From: Lytechinus pictus | Lineage: Eukaryota | Length of the DNA: 64,000 bases | Direction of reading: 5' to 3' | NCBI RefSeq assembly: GCF_037042905.1 | Contig: NC_087250.1 | Location: 8,558,001 to 8,622,000 of the forward strand | Program-made: the position numbers and the translations under genes | In this document: in pieces, positions 34,601 to 48,283 of the stretch | Position numbering within the stretch: position 1 is the first letter of the stretch | Layout: each line of letters begins with the position of its first letter | Notes under the pieces: model-generated | The model's input: only the letters and a program-made list of their open reading frames with translations | Told to the model about the DNA's origin: nothing | Database searches by the model: none

Positions 34601-36708
34601 GTACGAAAAAAAAACAGCACCTAGAACAAACTATGAATAACCCATTTTCCCCCCTTTCAAATAAATTGAGATCTATTTACGCACATGCACACGCCTTACT
34701 CTCCCTTTCCCCATTTTCTTTCTCCTGCTCCTTCAATACCCTCCAGGAATTGCTCAGGGTTCGGGGAAGGGGGTGTGTCGATCTCCCTTTGATCATCATA
34801 CTTTTTAATGAATCATAATGGCAATCTAATGGTAGCATCTAAACTCGCTCGTCGCGCTTGCATAAACTTATGCCGTCCTTGTGAGCATAGCTCACCCCCC
34901 CCCCTCCTGGTGACTTGGAACCCCCTCCCCATTGAAGAGAAAAGAATGATAAAGAGATATGTATCACGTCAAAATCTATCACAAAGTTAGATTTTTGTAT
35001 TGAAGGGTGATAAAAAAATTGCTCGCCTGCAGCTTTTCTAGTAATAATTTTATCCTTTATGCAATTCTGTCCCCCCTTGAAATTTTAGACTAATAGTGCT
35101 ACTGACCGCCCCCTCAAAAAAAGTAATGATAATAATAATAATAAATTACAAGTAAAAATAGGCCTAAATGTAACAAAAAAAACTTTCAGGGACCAAACTT
35201 AATTGTGTCAGTTATCCAATCTCCTCCAACCCCGTAAAGACCGACACTGGACACCCATGTTATTTTATATACACCGCGATGAAAGCGAAAATTGGGGGGG
35301 GGGGGGGGCGTGCCCCCAAATTCTTTGGCTAGAATTTAACATTATCTAGGATATGTTAATGCTTGTATGGTATCTCCGCGAAACCTCTTCGAAATTCAGC
35401 AGGATTTACGATCGTTTTTACATTAAAAATTAGCAAGCTGATTTAGACTTCGTGGCACATACATGTACGGCATCACATTTTTTCCTCCCGTTCGTTTTTT
35501 TTGTAATCCTCGATCGTCAACCTGGACGTGTTCTTATATGCCTAATTCCACTTTTCCTTAATCCCTTCTCTTCCTTTTTTTTAAATTCAGCTTTATCGCT
35601 ATCTCATAGGCGGATCCAGGGGGCGAAGTTCCCGGGTCCCCGTAGTGGCGGAGCAAAAAAAAAAGAAAAGTAAAAAAAAAGGAAAAGGGAAAAGAGAGGA
35701 GAAAAGGGGGAAGAAGACAAGTGAATAAAACAAGGCGAGCTGTCATTATTGTTTGATTTATAAATTGATTTTTATTATGTGCAGCCATAGTCCGTTTTAT
35801 GGTCTAAGTATCAATGCAGCTCCCGCTACGCGCTCGCATTATTTGTCAAGTACCCTAGTCTTCGTATACTAAATTCTCAAAAATATTCATATTCAGGTCT
35901 GATTGTCAAAACCTATCACATGATTGTCAAAAGACAATTAAAAAAAAAATCGGTTCGTGATTTGCGCTCGCATTAATTGTTAAAGATTATATCAACCAAT
36001 GTCTTCTATTCATAAATACAATGCTTACAATATCCAGTTGTCAGAACTTGATTTTAACAAATTTCTCGCTTTCATCGGGCTTATTAGTTATTAGAGTAAC
36101 AAATAAGATAAGAACATTTTCATGAATTGCTAATAACTATATTGTATTTTTTTCAGAATAGAATGTCGACAAGTTTCATCTCGCGCTTTAATAGGTAGAT
36201 AATTACCATTTTCATTATGATGACAAAATGTCCTTAGAATATCCCCGTCCTAGGTCAAAATAATTTTACAAAAATATCAGCTCGCGCTCACAGGCTCGAA
36301 TCATTTTATTAAATGCAATCCACATCCAATTTTCATTTTTAGTGATTGAAATAGTGCTTATATTAATTGAGATTATAATATAAACAATATTCTGCTCGCA
36401 CTTCGCACTCGCATTATAAATGTGAAAGATGCCTAATTACCCATCTTCACGAATTACAAAACATGAATAGTGTCCAGTCCCGTTTTTAGCTCTAAATCTC
36501 AAAATTTTCCTCATTTCGCTTCGCGCTCGTATTTTTTTAGTGTTTAGTAGTTCAGGATTACAAAAATTGCTTAGAATATCAATTTTCTTGGTTGGAATTT
36601 CAAAAGCTCAGCTCGCACTTCGTGCTCACATTATTCGATTGTTGAAATAGGCCAACAAGAATGTATCGTCTTCATGGAAACTACAAGCAGGTCCCTTGTT
36701 TATCAGGC

Positions 36709-36861
36709 CAGGGGCCCGTTGCAGAAAGAGTTGCAATCAATCGCAACTCATGCAAACAATGCGCAAGTCCCAAATGCGCGTTGTTGATTGGTCGAAAATC
36801 AAATTGCGCGTGATTTTTTTTGAGTTGCGATTGATTGCAACTCTTTCTGCAACGGGCCCCA
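36709..36861. mobile_element. Short palindromic GGGGCCCGTT...AACGGGCCCC MITE (Harbinger-like)
   Basis: TIRs; relatives at about 85-362, 5819-6393, 7140-7312, 17750-17878, 24964-25112, 53328-53456 and 57111-57282. Confidence 0.7.
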
Positions 36862-38882
36862 GAACAGTGGCTTACCTAGGATTTTCCAAGGGGGGGGGGG
36901 GCAAATTCGTCCGCCCAAAAATTTGACAAGCAAAAAAAAGGAGTTCAAACACAAATAAAGGAATTTGTACCAGAAAAAAAATTGACAAGCATAAAAGAAA
37001 GAAGAAAAAAAAAGGTCTTCAAGTTCACAGGAACAGGCCACTTGCGGGGGGGGGGGGGGGGGGGGGGGGAGGATACGTTCCTTGCATGGGTTGTGACTCG
37101 TCAGGGGGGGGGCAGTCTGCCCCCCTCTGGCCTCTGCCCCGGCCCCCCGTAGGTATACGCTAATGGGCCAAGCATATATTTAAAAAATTATACTCGCGCT
37201 TCGCATTTGCAGTAGCAATTAGATATACGAATCTTGCCCAGGATCAAAACATTACTCTTTTTCTTTATCTTTCCCTCTCTTTCTTTTATCCCTTTTCCCC
37301 ATTTCCAAATTTCCCTTCCCCAATGCATGCGCTGAAATATGACATGAAAGACATGAACACAATCGTTGTACACGCAAAAAAATGTGTATGATGGGAATGT
37401 CAGGAGGCCGAGCTGAGCGAGCGTGGCCACTGTCCATCGCATCGCGCAGTGCATACAGCATGCAGTAGTTGTATACCGTAATTTCAATCAATCCTCTCCA
37501 TAGTTCAACCCGAACTAATTTTGTCGCACGTGGAAATTTGTAGCCAAAATTTTGACAAAAACATATCTCCAGTACGCTTTCGTGAACCTAAAAAAAAAAA
37601 TAGAGTAACATGTGAACTACAGGTTAGAGGGACAGCATAAGGGTAAGTCAGTCCCCATGTTTTTTTTTAATTCCCTAACCAATCTAACGCAACGTTGTGG
37701 TCGCCTGCGCTCCTCGCAGAACTCGCCGGGGGAGAAACTCGACGGAAGTCATGCTATAACAATGACCGACGAGCATATACGGAATTAGCAGACTACGCTC
37801 GCAGGGATATTTCGGTTTGCTAAAAGTGGAACGGAATAGCGATCGACGAACAGGGGGAAAAAATCAGTCGTGGACGAAAGTGGGCGCTATATCGGTGCGC
37901 ATAAATTCAGCTAATTGTCAGTGAATTCAGCCGAGGAAATTGATTTTATTTCTCAGAGTTTATTTAAAATTTTGATATTTCCAAGATGAAATTTTGTCAA
38001 TTTCACATTGATTTATTATCAGCAATTGTTATTCAACAAAAAAGATTCATTCAACTGGAATTTTTGTATCCTTTACCAACACTATCCACGAGCTTTAAGG
38101 AGCCTTTTAAACAGTTATAACGATGATGCCTCACGGGATATTATTCCAGAGCTTCGGGGTAATAACTGGGAAGGATCTGTCATCGTCCTTGGTTTTAATT
38201 TGTGGTCCGGGCAGCAGTTGAGGTTGGGCAGTGGTGAGACGTCGAAATGCAGATGAAACTGATGAAGATCAGAGGGAGAGGAGGTTCTGTAGACATGAGG
38301 GGGCTTGATTTTGGATACACTTGTAAAAGAAATTGTCCGAAAAAATCCGGCAATTCTCGCTTTATCGGACAGTTACCATAGTAATTGTGCTTCTCAGCCA
38401 ATCAAAATCAAGGAAAGATGTCAGATCTGACAACTTTTCGTGCGAAACTGTTGATGAAACGCTCCTCTGGATTGCGTAGCTCGCGTACCTCCCCTTTTCA
38501 ACAAAGGAGGGAATACATTACGTAATCTTTAAATCTTCATTCCAGTCGCCCCCGGCAATTCCCTATAACAAATTACCATAGCGCTTGGAACCTGTACCAA
38601 CTAAAAAGTAAGCCTTTGAATGTTTCCTCCTAAATAGCTTTATTCTAGGTTTCATTTTACCATGAGAGGTTATTTTTACTACAGATTTATAATATTCCAT
38701 TCATTTTACGCGCAACATATTACGCCATGTAGAACTGTATCGTACAATTTTTTTTATACTACTACTCTGGTTATAACCATTATAAAACCTTCACTGCAAT
38801 CATGGTGATTGTCATAAGAAGTTACTTTGTTTATTATGAGGACTGCCCTTCCTCCTTGGGTGCAACTATGAAGTGAATTTCC

Positions 38883-39444
38883 CCCGGGGGGGCCACTTAC
38901 ATTGACGAGTGGATACCATGCGCGACCAAAAAAACAAACACGTAAAAAGGATGTCCTTTTCACGACAGGTCACGTTACTAACGTAACGTGATAAGGGTGT
39001 CAAAAACACAAAAAAAAAAAAAAAATTAAAAAGGGTGTCTATTTCGCTAGGAAAATTACGTGTTTAGGGTCGAATTTGCGGGAATGATAAAACAAAATTA
39101 AAATGTTTTATAAAGGATGTCCATTTTGCCCCAACACTTCGTGTTTAGAGTCCGATTTGCGCGAGGTGTAGAAGGTGGGGTCGTACTAAACCAAATAAGG
39201 TAAAGCCGACGACCGAAGGACCCGCGTAACAATAAAACATTCCTGTACTATTTGTTTAGGGGTTCATTTCAGGGAATATTTGCCAAGAGTATCGTTTTGT
39301 TTCCTGTACTTGTAAAGGGTAGCACACGCCAATACTTGTTAATGGGTGCATTTTCAGAATATGGAAATTACGTATTTAGGGTGCTTTTCGAGACCCCATG
39401 GTCGCGCATTGTATCCACTCGTGAATGGAAGTGGCCCCCCCGGG
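38883..39444. mobile_element. MITE with CCCGGGGGGGCCACTT TIRs (copy 2)
   Basis: TIRs present; TSD GAATTTCC (38875-38882 and 39445-39452). Confidence 0.85.
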
Positions 39445-40905
39445 GAATTTCCTGCTATAAATCCATGTTCGTTTATTTATAACCGTCACTAATATCAAGT
39501 AATTGAACAAAGAAATATGATGTAAATTATCTATATATTGCAAAATAGGAACACTCTAAAAGGTTTACCCAATTATTGGGTAAAATTGTAATATGCATGT
39601 TGGTTGGGTAAAAGGATACCAAATATTTTGAAAATTTTACGCAATTGTTGCGTTGAAATTTACCCTTAAAACACGCATTTAGCCCAATATGGGGAAAAAT
39701 ACCAAGGAAACATGCATGTTCCCTTTGGATAGAATTTTACTCAGTGTTTTACAGTGAATGCGTATTGTGATCCTTTGTTTCTTGGGAAAATATTGTGATG
39801 TAAATGGAGTAAGAGATAGTTAGGATATAATTTTGGTGGGAGGAAGAAGGCAAAAGACGACATAAAATGACGTTATATTAGTTTGTTAATTAAAAATTAT
39901 GATGGTATTATAGAATTACACGGCTTAAACCTGTCCATTCTTTGATCAACCTTCACCCTTCTCCCTGCATATCTCTATCGTTTCACTCATCAAATACATC
40001 ACAGGGGCATGGGCGGAAATCCCAAGGGAACAGGGGGACGCGTCCCCCAACCCAAAATAGTAGGGGGAGGGGGACACAATATCTGATGTCCCTTCACTCT
40101 TTGTTGGAAAAATACATCATTCAAAATCGAAAGAAAACATGTATTTTGGACGGGATGACGTTACCTTTTACGTGATTACCTTTTTTGTGCTTGTCAAATT
40201 TATTCTGGTCGAAATGACCTTTCTTTATGGGTGATTACCTTTTAAAAAAATCTTTTTTGTTTGCTTGTCAAATTTAACAGCCCCTGGTCCCCCTACCTAT
40301 TTCTGCCCTTGCAAAGGGGTAATTATACCCTGCCCGCCTGTGCACTGACTCCGCCCCCGCTAACATCTACAGTAGATGTGGTGCCGCTAAAATTGAATTG
40401 CATTAATGACACAATGTTGGCGAGACGCATATGGGTATAACGCTTGATGAAGTTTAATACCCCTCCTGTTTAACACGCCTGTTGTGTAATAGCGTCTCTA
40501 GTTCGTTTTATGGGGTATCAAGCGCGTAAAACATTTCCCAAAGACTCGTGTGTTAAATTAGCACTGTTGAAAAATCATTAAAGATAAAATTAGAAGGTCG
40601 AATGTTTACTACCAGTGGACATGGTGGATAGGATCGATATAAATCTGACCAGAAAAGGGTAACTGGACCGGTTCATGTTCTAAAATATATCGGCATTTAT
40701 GAAGACATCTTCTGACAGGATCAAATTCATCGGGTGAAACAGTGAAGTCGCCCTAATTCTTCCACCAGTAAAAAAATAGCTCAAACGTCATAGATATTTT
40801 TTCGCAATTTAAGCAAAGAAAGTTTAGTAATTTCCCTCCTTATAATCAGTGTTACATGGCCAATTATATTCGTACACTTTTGTCAATCAGCAATATAACA
40901 TTTAA

Positions 40906-41431
40906 AAGTCAAGTCCACATCGAAAAAATGTTGAATCAGACAAGCATAATGCTGAAAATTTCGTCAAAATCGGATGTAAAATAAGAAGTAGTTATGTCTT
41001 TTTAAAGTTTTGCATTTTCCACAAAATAGTTATATGCAGAAGTTAGTCACATGTAAATGAGAGAATCGATGATGTCCCTCACTATTTTTTTTTGTTTTTA
41101 TTGTTTGCATTATACATAATTTCTATTTTTGACAGATTTGACCAACTTGACTGAACATAATATGTTTAACATTGGTTATTCCACAAGTTCAGGGAGAAAT
41201 AAAACTTTGTTTCACAGGAGAATGAGGAGAAAATTAGAATATTTAATATTTCATGTAATAAAATAGAAAAGAAGTAGTGAGTGAGTGATGTCAACAGTTC
41301 GCTCATTTGCATAACGACCGGGATATGACATTGAGCGGAGGTTTTTTCTACATCCGATTTTGACGAAATTATGTTTGTTAAATTTTTCTCTTTTTATGCA
41401 AACCAATTTTTTGTTGGGATGGACTTGTCCT
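40906..41431. mobile_element. Kolobok-type TTAA element nested in another repeat
   Basis: Splits a copy (about 40520-41480) of the repeat found at about 2120-2560 and 60600-61066. Confidence 0.75.
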
Positions 41432-43201
41432 TTAAGAAATTTCGAACGGGTTGGGTCGAAGGAATATCTTTCCCTTCCTGTTGTAAGCTCGTGACACCCT
41501 AGGGCTAAGTCAACTTGATAATTCACTCTGAATCTCGTTTCATTAGGTTCCATACGTTGAGTTTAATCATGGACCTACATGTGTAGTAGGTCAACGGTTA
41601 AATGGACACTCCACTTGTAATAACTCCTTGAATGCGCCAAGCACCGTTAGCAGCTGGAGCTTAGCCGGTGTAATATGGGCGCCATTGAAAAGGCAACCAT
41701 TGATACTCAGCGCCTCATAAATGCTTTATATTATATAACTATATCATTAAAAAAAGGAAAGTGACTTAAAGTTTTGCTAGTCACTTTCAAAGTAATTCTA
41801 ATTCTATGACGCCGTTGAGGCGAACACAATGATAGTTTAATACGCTCAACTTTATACACTTTTTATTTTTTTGATGCATGAACATACATTCTACCCCTTA
41901 CGATATAGTCATTGTTGTCTCTATGTTTAACATATTATGAATTTTCATTATTGTAAGTTTGTTATGATTAAAGCTTTGTGATTTGTTTTGGTTAACCATA
42001 TCACAGGCATCTAGATAACCTATGACTATTTATTTCCGGCTAAGAAAATAGTGTCATTAACAATCTCATGAACATACTACCAGCGTCGTTTTACAAATTT
42101 AAGCGGCATAAAATTGTACAAACAATTTTGATGAAGAATTTTACTGACGTTCTTTGTTAGTTCTCTCTTTTTTTTCAAAGCTCTTTATCAATGGGCTAGG
42201 TAATCTTGTTCAGAATTCTAAATTATTTTTACGGTTCCAAGTTACATACCCATATATTCACAAGCGCACCCATCAAATTCTACACCAAAACCAATCCACA
42301 ATTCACTACTACACGCATGCAAGCAGATACCGAGCCCGGGGGGGGGGGGGGGCACTCAGTTTTTAATGCAAAGTGGGTATGTGCCGCGGAGGGTACCCCC
42401 ATTTTTATACTCAAATTTCTGTTCCAAGGCATAGCATTTTTGTCTTATTGAGAAAAAGAACAAAGAAAGCCGCTCCAAAGCATAGCATTTTCTTTTTATC
42501 GAGAAAAAAGAAGAAAGAAATCCGCTCAAGAGCTTCGCATACTTTTCGTTACGCCGCACAGTGGGCCAGGAAAGAGCAAAAGTGCGCCAAAACTGGTTTT
42601 GGGTCATGAAACAAATTTTGTTTTTTTCATGTTCTAAGCAAAGATAAGAACCTGTAGAATGTCTCCGTACAATATTTCTCAATGAAATTGATTATTAGTT
42701 GCCCATTTTATTTAATATTACCGGAAAATGACCCTTTACGGCTACCGCATGTGTAATTGACACGTTTTTAGAACTTTCATTGTTTTAACAAAACGGATTG
42801 CTTAATTTATTTATAATTCACGGTACTTTTTGATGAATGATTGTTTTAGGTGATCGGAAATTTTCAAAATAAAATGATAACCCCTTCAGAGGTAATTTTG
42901 GACGAAACCATTTGACAATGGGGGGGGTTTTAGCATTTTTTTTTTCATGAGCATTTCTTTTACAAATTGCTGCCGATTGCTGCGCTGTAAATACCATGAC
43001 GGTCTTTGTTATAGTTTATGCTTTACACTGATACCAAATTTAGCTGCATATACGTGCATTTTCTGGAGATATAACCAATTTCCAACCACATGTTCGCCGT
43101 ATTTATCACAAAAATTGTTCCAAGTTAGTGTCCCATTATGCGCGTGCCGAACGTTGCGGGTGACATTAGACAAACTCCCCGTCGCGTGCTGGGAGATAGA
43201 A

Positions 43202-43233
<32 letters not shown>

Positions 43234-44759
43234 TTGCTCAAGTGTAAGGCTCTTGTGACTGGTATCTGCCTAAAATATTTTCGTTAAGCCTACGTAAAGA
43301 CAAGCTTTCATTTCCACTTCCACTAACTATATAATAATACATGTAACACAACTTCATTTTGATGTCAACCTGTTCCATCCCGTGTTCCATATCTGATATG
43401 GTATCATCCTGAGAAGATTAATTCTTAAGGTAAGATTCCCGGATAAGATTATTAATTTGTTTTTTTGTTAATAAACCAAGTAGGGGCTACTGTATATCGC
43501 TATAACACACATGACTAGGGATGTGATAGGTCTCACGCAGTTTTCTGCCAAAATATGAGAATGTGTATAGGAAAGAGATGGGATATATGTGGGCTCTATA
43601 CATGTATAAGTTGCATTATCATTATTATAATATTTATCCCCCAAAAGGGTTTGTAACTTCACATACACGTATGAATTCGTTTATCTATTGGCTCATTCTA
43701 AATTTGGTATAAGTTATTGTTAGTATCGATCAAGAAGGAAGTGTATATTATCATTTCAAGGATTGTTTGGTTTGTGACTCTCATTGACTTTATATACATG
43801 TATTCCACAGACTAATAGTAACAGGTGACATTGTGATTAGTAGCAAGTTTTTAAGAGTACAACAATCACAGCCTCTTCCCCCTGATGTTCAAAGTATGCT
43901 AAAAGATCCTCTAACCAAAGACATAATAGTTGGTGAGATGGCAGAGAGAGACTCTGATTCGGAATAACTTTGTATACGCCGTTATTGGTGAAATAGGTAG
44001 ACCTTGTAGGGCCTTGTACTGATTAACCTGCAGAGGACCCGGCCTCTATTATTTATCATTGGAATAATTTTTTTAAAGATTTCACTGTCCACTTCTGGTA
44101 TCAATCCATTTTAATTCATGTAGGTGTGGTTAATCATTGTACCCAGGGAATGAAAATACTCCTTTGCATTTTTTTTTTACAATTTCACTTTGAATTTTAC
44201 AATTCCGGATTCATGGTAGGGCGCCCTCTTTAAGCGATACTCAAGTCACCAATTGAATTGTTTGTATACCCCGAGCACAGACTTTTCTTGTTTGTTTGCC
44301 TGTTTGTGTGTTTGCTGTTTGATAATATGCTTAATTATTGCTGAAATTTCTCTAAAACTAGTTTCTAAAAATTTGAAACTTATTGTAGAATTAGAAACAT
44401 GTAATTTCTTCTCAAATGTAAACAGCCAATCAGAAAACAGTATTTTAACGACGTCATCAATATTTGAAAATATTTTTATTGAATTATACGGGTGAAATTA
44501 CCCCTATCTACCAAATTTAATCGTACAAATGTGTGAATAATAGGTTTTGGCGCACTTTGGGTTCATTCTGGCCCACTGTGCGCCGTTCCGGTCGCATTGA
44601 TCTGCTACAATAAGCTGCAATTTTGGTGAAAAGCGGCCGCAGAGCCCTTGCGCGAGCCTTTGCGCGAGCGCACCCGGCGCCCCTGCCGCCGGGCTAGATG
44701 TATGCATGTATGTGGATAAAACCGAGACACCATCAAGCACACACAAACACCCTAACGCA

Positions 44760-45140
44760 CTAGGCACTCATTGAAACACCCACACATGCCACACTTCATC
44801 CACTTTTTTTGTTTCCATGCTCCCGAATCTACACACATCCATTCCCACACACTCTCGGGCACGTTTTACTGAGACATTACACACACAAAAACATACCCTC
44901 ACGCACTCCCTCCCATGGGCACTCATTGAAACACCCACACTTCATCCACTTTCTTGCTTTTGTTTCCTCGCACCCACAATCCACACATACCCATTCCCAC
45001 ACGCACATATAAACACACCCATACTTTACCCCCATGCACACACACACTCACACACACGTACGTTTTACTGAGACATCATCACACACAGACACACCCTCAC
45101 GCACACCTTTCCATAGGCACTCATTAAAACACCCTCACTT
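44760..45140. repeat. CA-rich degenerate tandem repeat (about 155-200-bp units, 2 full plus a partial)
   Basis: GGCACTCATT(G/A)AAACACCC occurs three times and CGTTTTACTGAGACAT twice. Confidence 0.75.
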
Positions 45141-45333
45141 AATGTTTTTTTTAAATAAGTAGATGATTTGTTGCAATTTCAGTTATATACAATCGTATAT
45201 ATGCAGTTTAATCAAATATTGAAGTTTTTAAACATATATTTTAAAAAGTATGAACTGCAATGGAATAAATAGTACAGACATGGACGCCGATTAACTTGTA
45301 TCGATGTTCTTTGGATCTATACTGAGCAGAAAA

Positions 45334-45334
45334 T

Positions 45335-45377
<43 letters not shown>

Positions 45378-45422
45378 ATAATAATACTACTACTACTACT
45401 ACTAATACCACCTCTACTACTC

Positions 45423-45464
<42 letters not shown>

Positions 45465-45465
45465 T
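45334..45465. repeat. (CTA)n microsatellite
   Basis: Direct reading. Confidence 0.95.
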
Positions 45466-46098
45466 TGCCAATTCGTCCACTCACCATTTCGCATAATAAC
45501 CAGTTGGTCTAATAGCCATTTAGTCCATATACCTTTTGGTCTAAGTGGACTAAGTGTTAAATTTTGCAAAATGAATGAAAATGAAATGGATATTAGACCA
45601 ACTGGTTGTGAGACGAAGTGGTGATTAGACGAAGTGATGGTTGGACCAAATGGTTGTTAGACGAAATGTTGATCAATGAAATGGCATTAGACTGAATGAA
45701 AGTAGACAATGTGGTGAGTGGACGAGTTGGCAGTAGACGAACTGGCAATTTATTACCTGCACTGCGACCGCACTATTGTCTACTATACGGCTTGTGTCAT
45801 ACGGTGAGCTCAAAGTGTATTCCCATGGTGAATTGGTGATATATGTAAATATGATTCACTCTGTTACAAGGATCACATTTAACAGTGTGAAGATAATTTC
45901 ACACTGTGGACACCTAAAAGTCTGGCTGTTCAGAGTGTGTTCACATAATGAACAATATAGAATGTGTTTTACACTGTTACAATGATCAAATGTTATAAAG
46001 TGAACACACTGTCCGCACTTGTACACTATAGTGTGCGCGTTCAGCGTATAGTACAGTGGACTGGGTGTAAATGTGATCCAAAGAATTCAAACGTTTAA

Positions 46099-46684
46099 AG
46101 GGATGGTCCGGGCTGAAAATATTTATATCTAAATAAATAGAGTAAAATTCACAAAAGACAATGCTGAAAATTTCATCAAAATCGGATTACAAATAACGAA
46201 GTTATTGAATTTTAAAGTTTATCAATATTTTGTGAAAAACAGTCATATGCACATCTTCATGAATATTCATTAGGTGGGCTGATAATGTTACATCCCCACT
46301 TTCCATTTTCTTATGTTATTACATGAAATCATAATTCTTTAATTTTTTCATACATGTGTAAATGATGTGTCTCCATTCTGATGAAATAAGTTGTGGCAAT
46401 AAATAACTAATGCACTTAATCAGTTGTTCTTGGTAATTTTTTTTGAATAAACCTAATTTCATATAATAAAATACAAAAGAACAAGTGGGGATATGACATC
46501 ATCAGCCCACATAATGAATATTCATGAAGACATGCCTAGAACTGTTTCACAAGAACAATGTAAATCTTTAGAATTCCATAACTTCGCTATTTGTTATCCG
46601 ATTTTGATGAAATTTTCAGCATTTTGCTTTGTGAATTTTACTCTATTTATTAAGATATAATTATTTTCAACCCGGATCATCCCT
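46099..46684. mobile_element. Kolobok-type TTAA element
   Basis: ttaa-AGGGATGGTCCGGG...CCCGGATCATCCCT-ttaa. Confidence 0.8.
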
Positions 46685-48083
46685 TTAAATTTAACAGTGT
46701 GAAGTTGATTTCACACTGTCTTCGAAACTGTGATAACATTGTGGACATTATATATACGTTTCCTGCAGGGTACAATCAAAGATTCGTTGTGTGCGATGGC
46801 TTTAATGTCTGTATATAAATAAAAAAAATAATAAAAAATACGTAGCCAATCTGCCACATGTCGCCAGCGATTCAAGGAATTTATTTTACCACTTTGTACT
46901 TCACCTGGGTAGAGTGCGGCAAGAATGCAAAGCATCTTGGCAAATGATGCTCGTGTTATTCGTATCATGGAACTTATGCTCTACAACCGAGCTGTTCAGT
47001 ATTTCAATGCTCACAATTCTAATATCATCAAATCAATAACAATTGCGACAATACAGTGAGAAGTAAAAACAAATATCTTAATCTATTGGGCATAAATATA
47101 TTAAAAACTGTACAAAATTATACATAACTATGTCCATTACTAAGTTTCCATGATACACTCAAGTGAAATAGCCCGTCCCAATCCAACCCAGTTCCCTTGA
47201 GTTCGGCCACGATTTCAGGCCACGATTTCAGCCATGCACAAATATCAATAAAAGAGATACTCTGTATTTTTGTATACAACATTCCAATACGTCCATGCCG
47301 GTCCGTCCAATGTTTCATAAAGACTTGGTATGATAATAGATGCGTAATTTCTGTTACGCGTTTTTTATCAGCCAATAAAATTGAATGATTTCAATAGCTT
47401 AAAACTGTTGATGCAATTTTTTGTGTGAAATCGGGTTTTAGTAAATAGGCACCAGGTTACTGACGTCACAATCCAACAATACACCGTCAGCGGTCCAAAG
47501 GAAATGCATTTAAAAGACATATCAATCAATACCACCATTCAGCGGATAGGAGAGATCATTTGCTGACTCAAGAATTGTGAAAAGGACTTGAAATCACGAA
47601 ATAAAATTACATCAGTGGAAGCAGCGAATTGGTTGTATCACTGAAAAATATTGTTCACCTCGATCGCGGAGCCTCTGGTTTTTTTCGGTGTGGAGAGTAA
47701 TGTTACTATATGATATAGGGATATGCATGGAATGTGTCGAAAATACAGGGGATTCGATTACGTCAGTTACGTTATACGACAGTTATTTATGGAATTCTTT
47801 TCACGTTTGATAAGCACCAGATTGGGATTTGATTTATCCTCAAAGCTGGGATGATATCACTTTCAAACTTTGCATTGCGCCACCTTTCGGGGAGAATGAA
47901 ATATGGCAAACTTGGGTGGTATGTGTGTGTTATTGATTTTTCTTTTACATAGTTGTATTGAATACTGGCATCTGTGACCGACATTGAACGTCATCCAAGC
48001 AGGGCTCGAACCCCAAAACTCTGCATCGATTTGGTTGTAGTTGCATGTCTTCTGATGATTCCGAATTTTATCGAAGAATGACT

Positions 48084-48283
48084 TTATGCGGCTTCATTGT
48101 TTTTTTCTTTTCTCTTGCATCTATAGCAGACGACTACGATGACGATGCTGGTGATGATGATTAAGAGAACGACTATGGTGATGATGATGATGATGTTCCT
48201 CGGCAGCTGCCATGTGATTGGGTCGTCGTAATTATCGGACACGTTGGTCTCAGTATCGTCGTCGTCATCCGTTTCCAAATCAA
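48084..48283 (-). CDS. Paralog B last coding exon: acidic stalk, TM, tail CYRCKRKEKNNEAA*
   Basis: cctcag| acceptor; homologous to the last exon of A. Confidence 0.88.
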
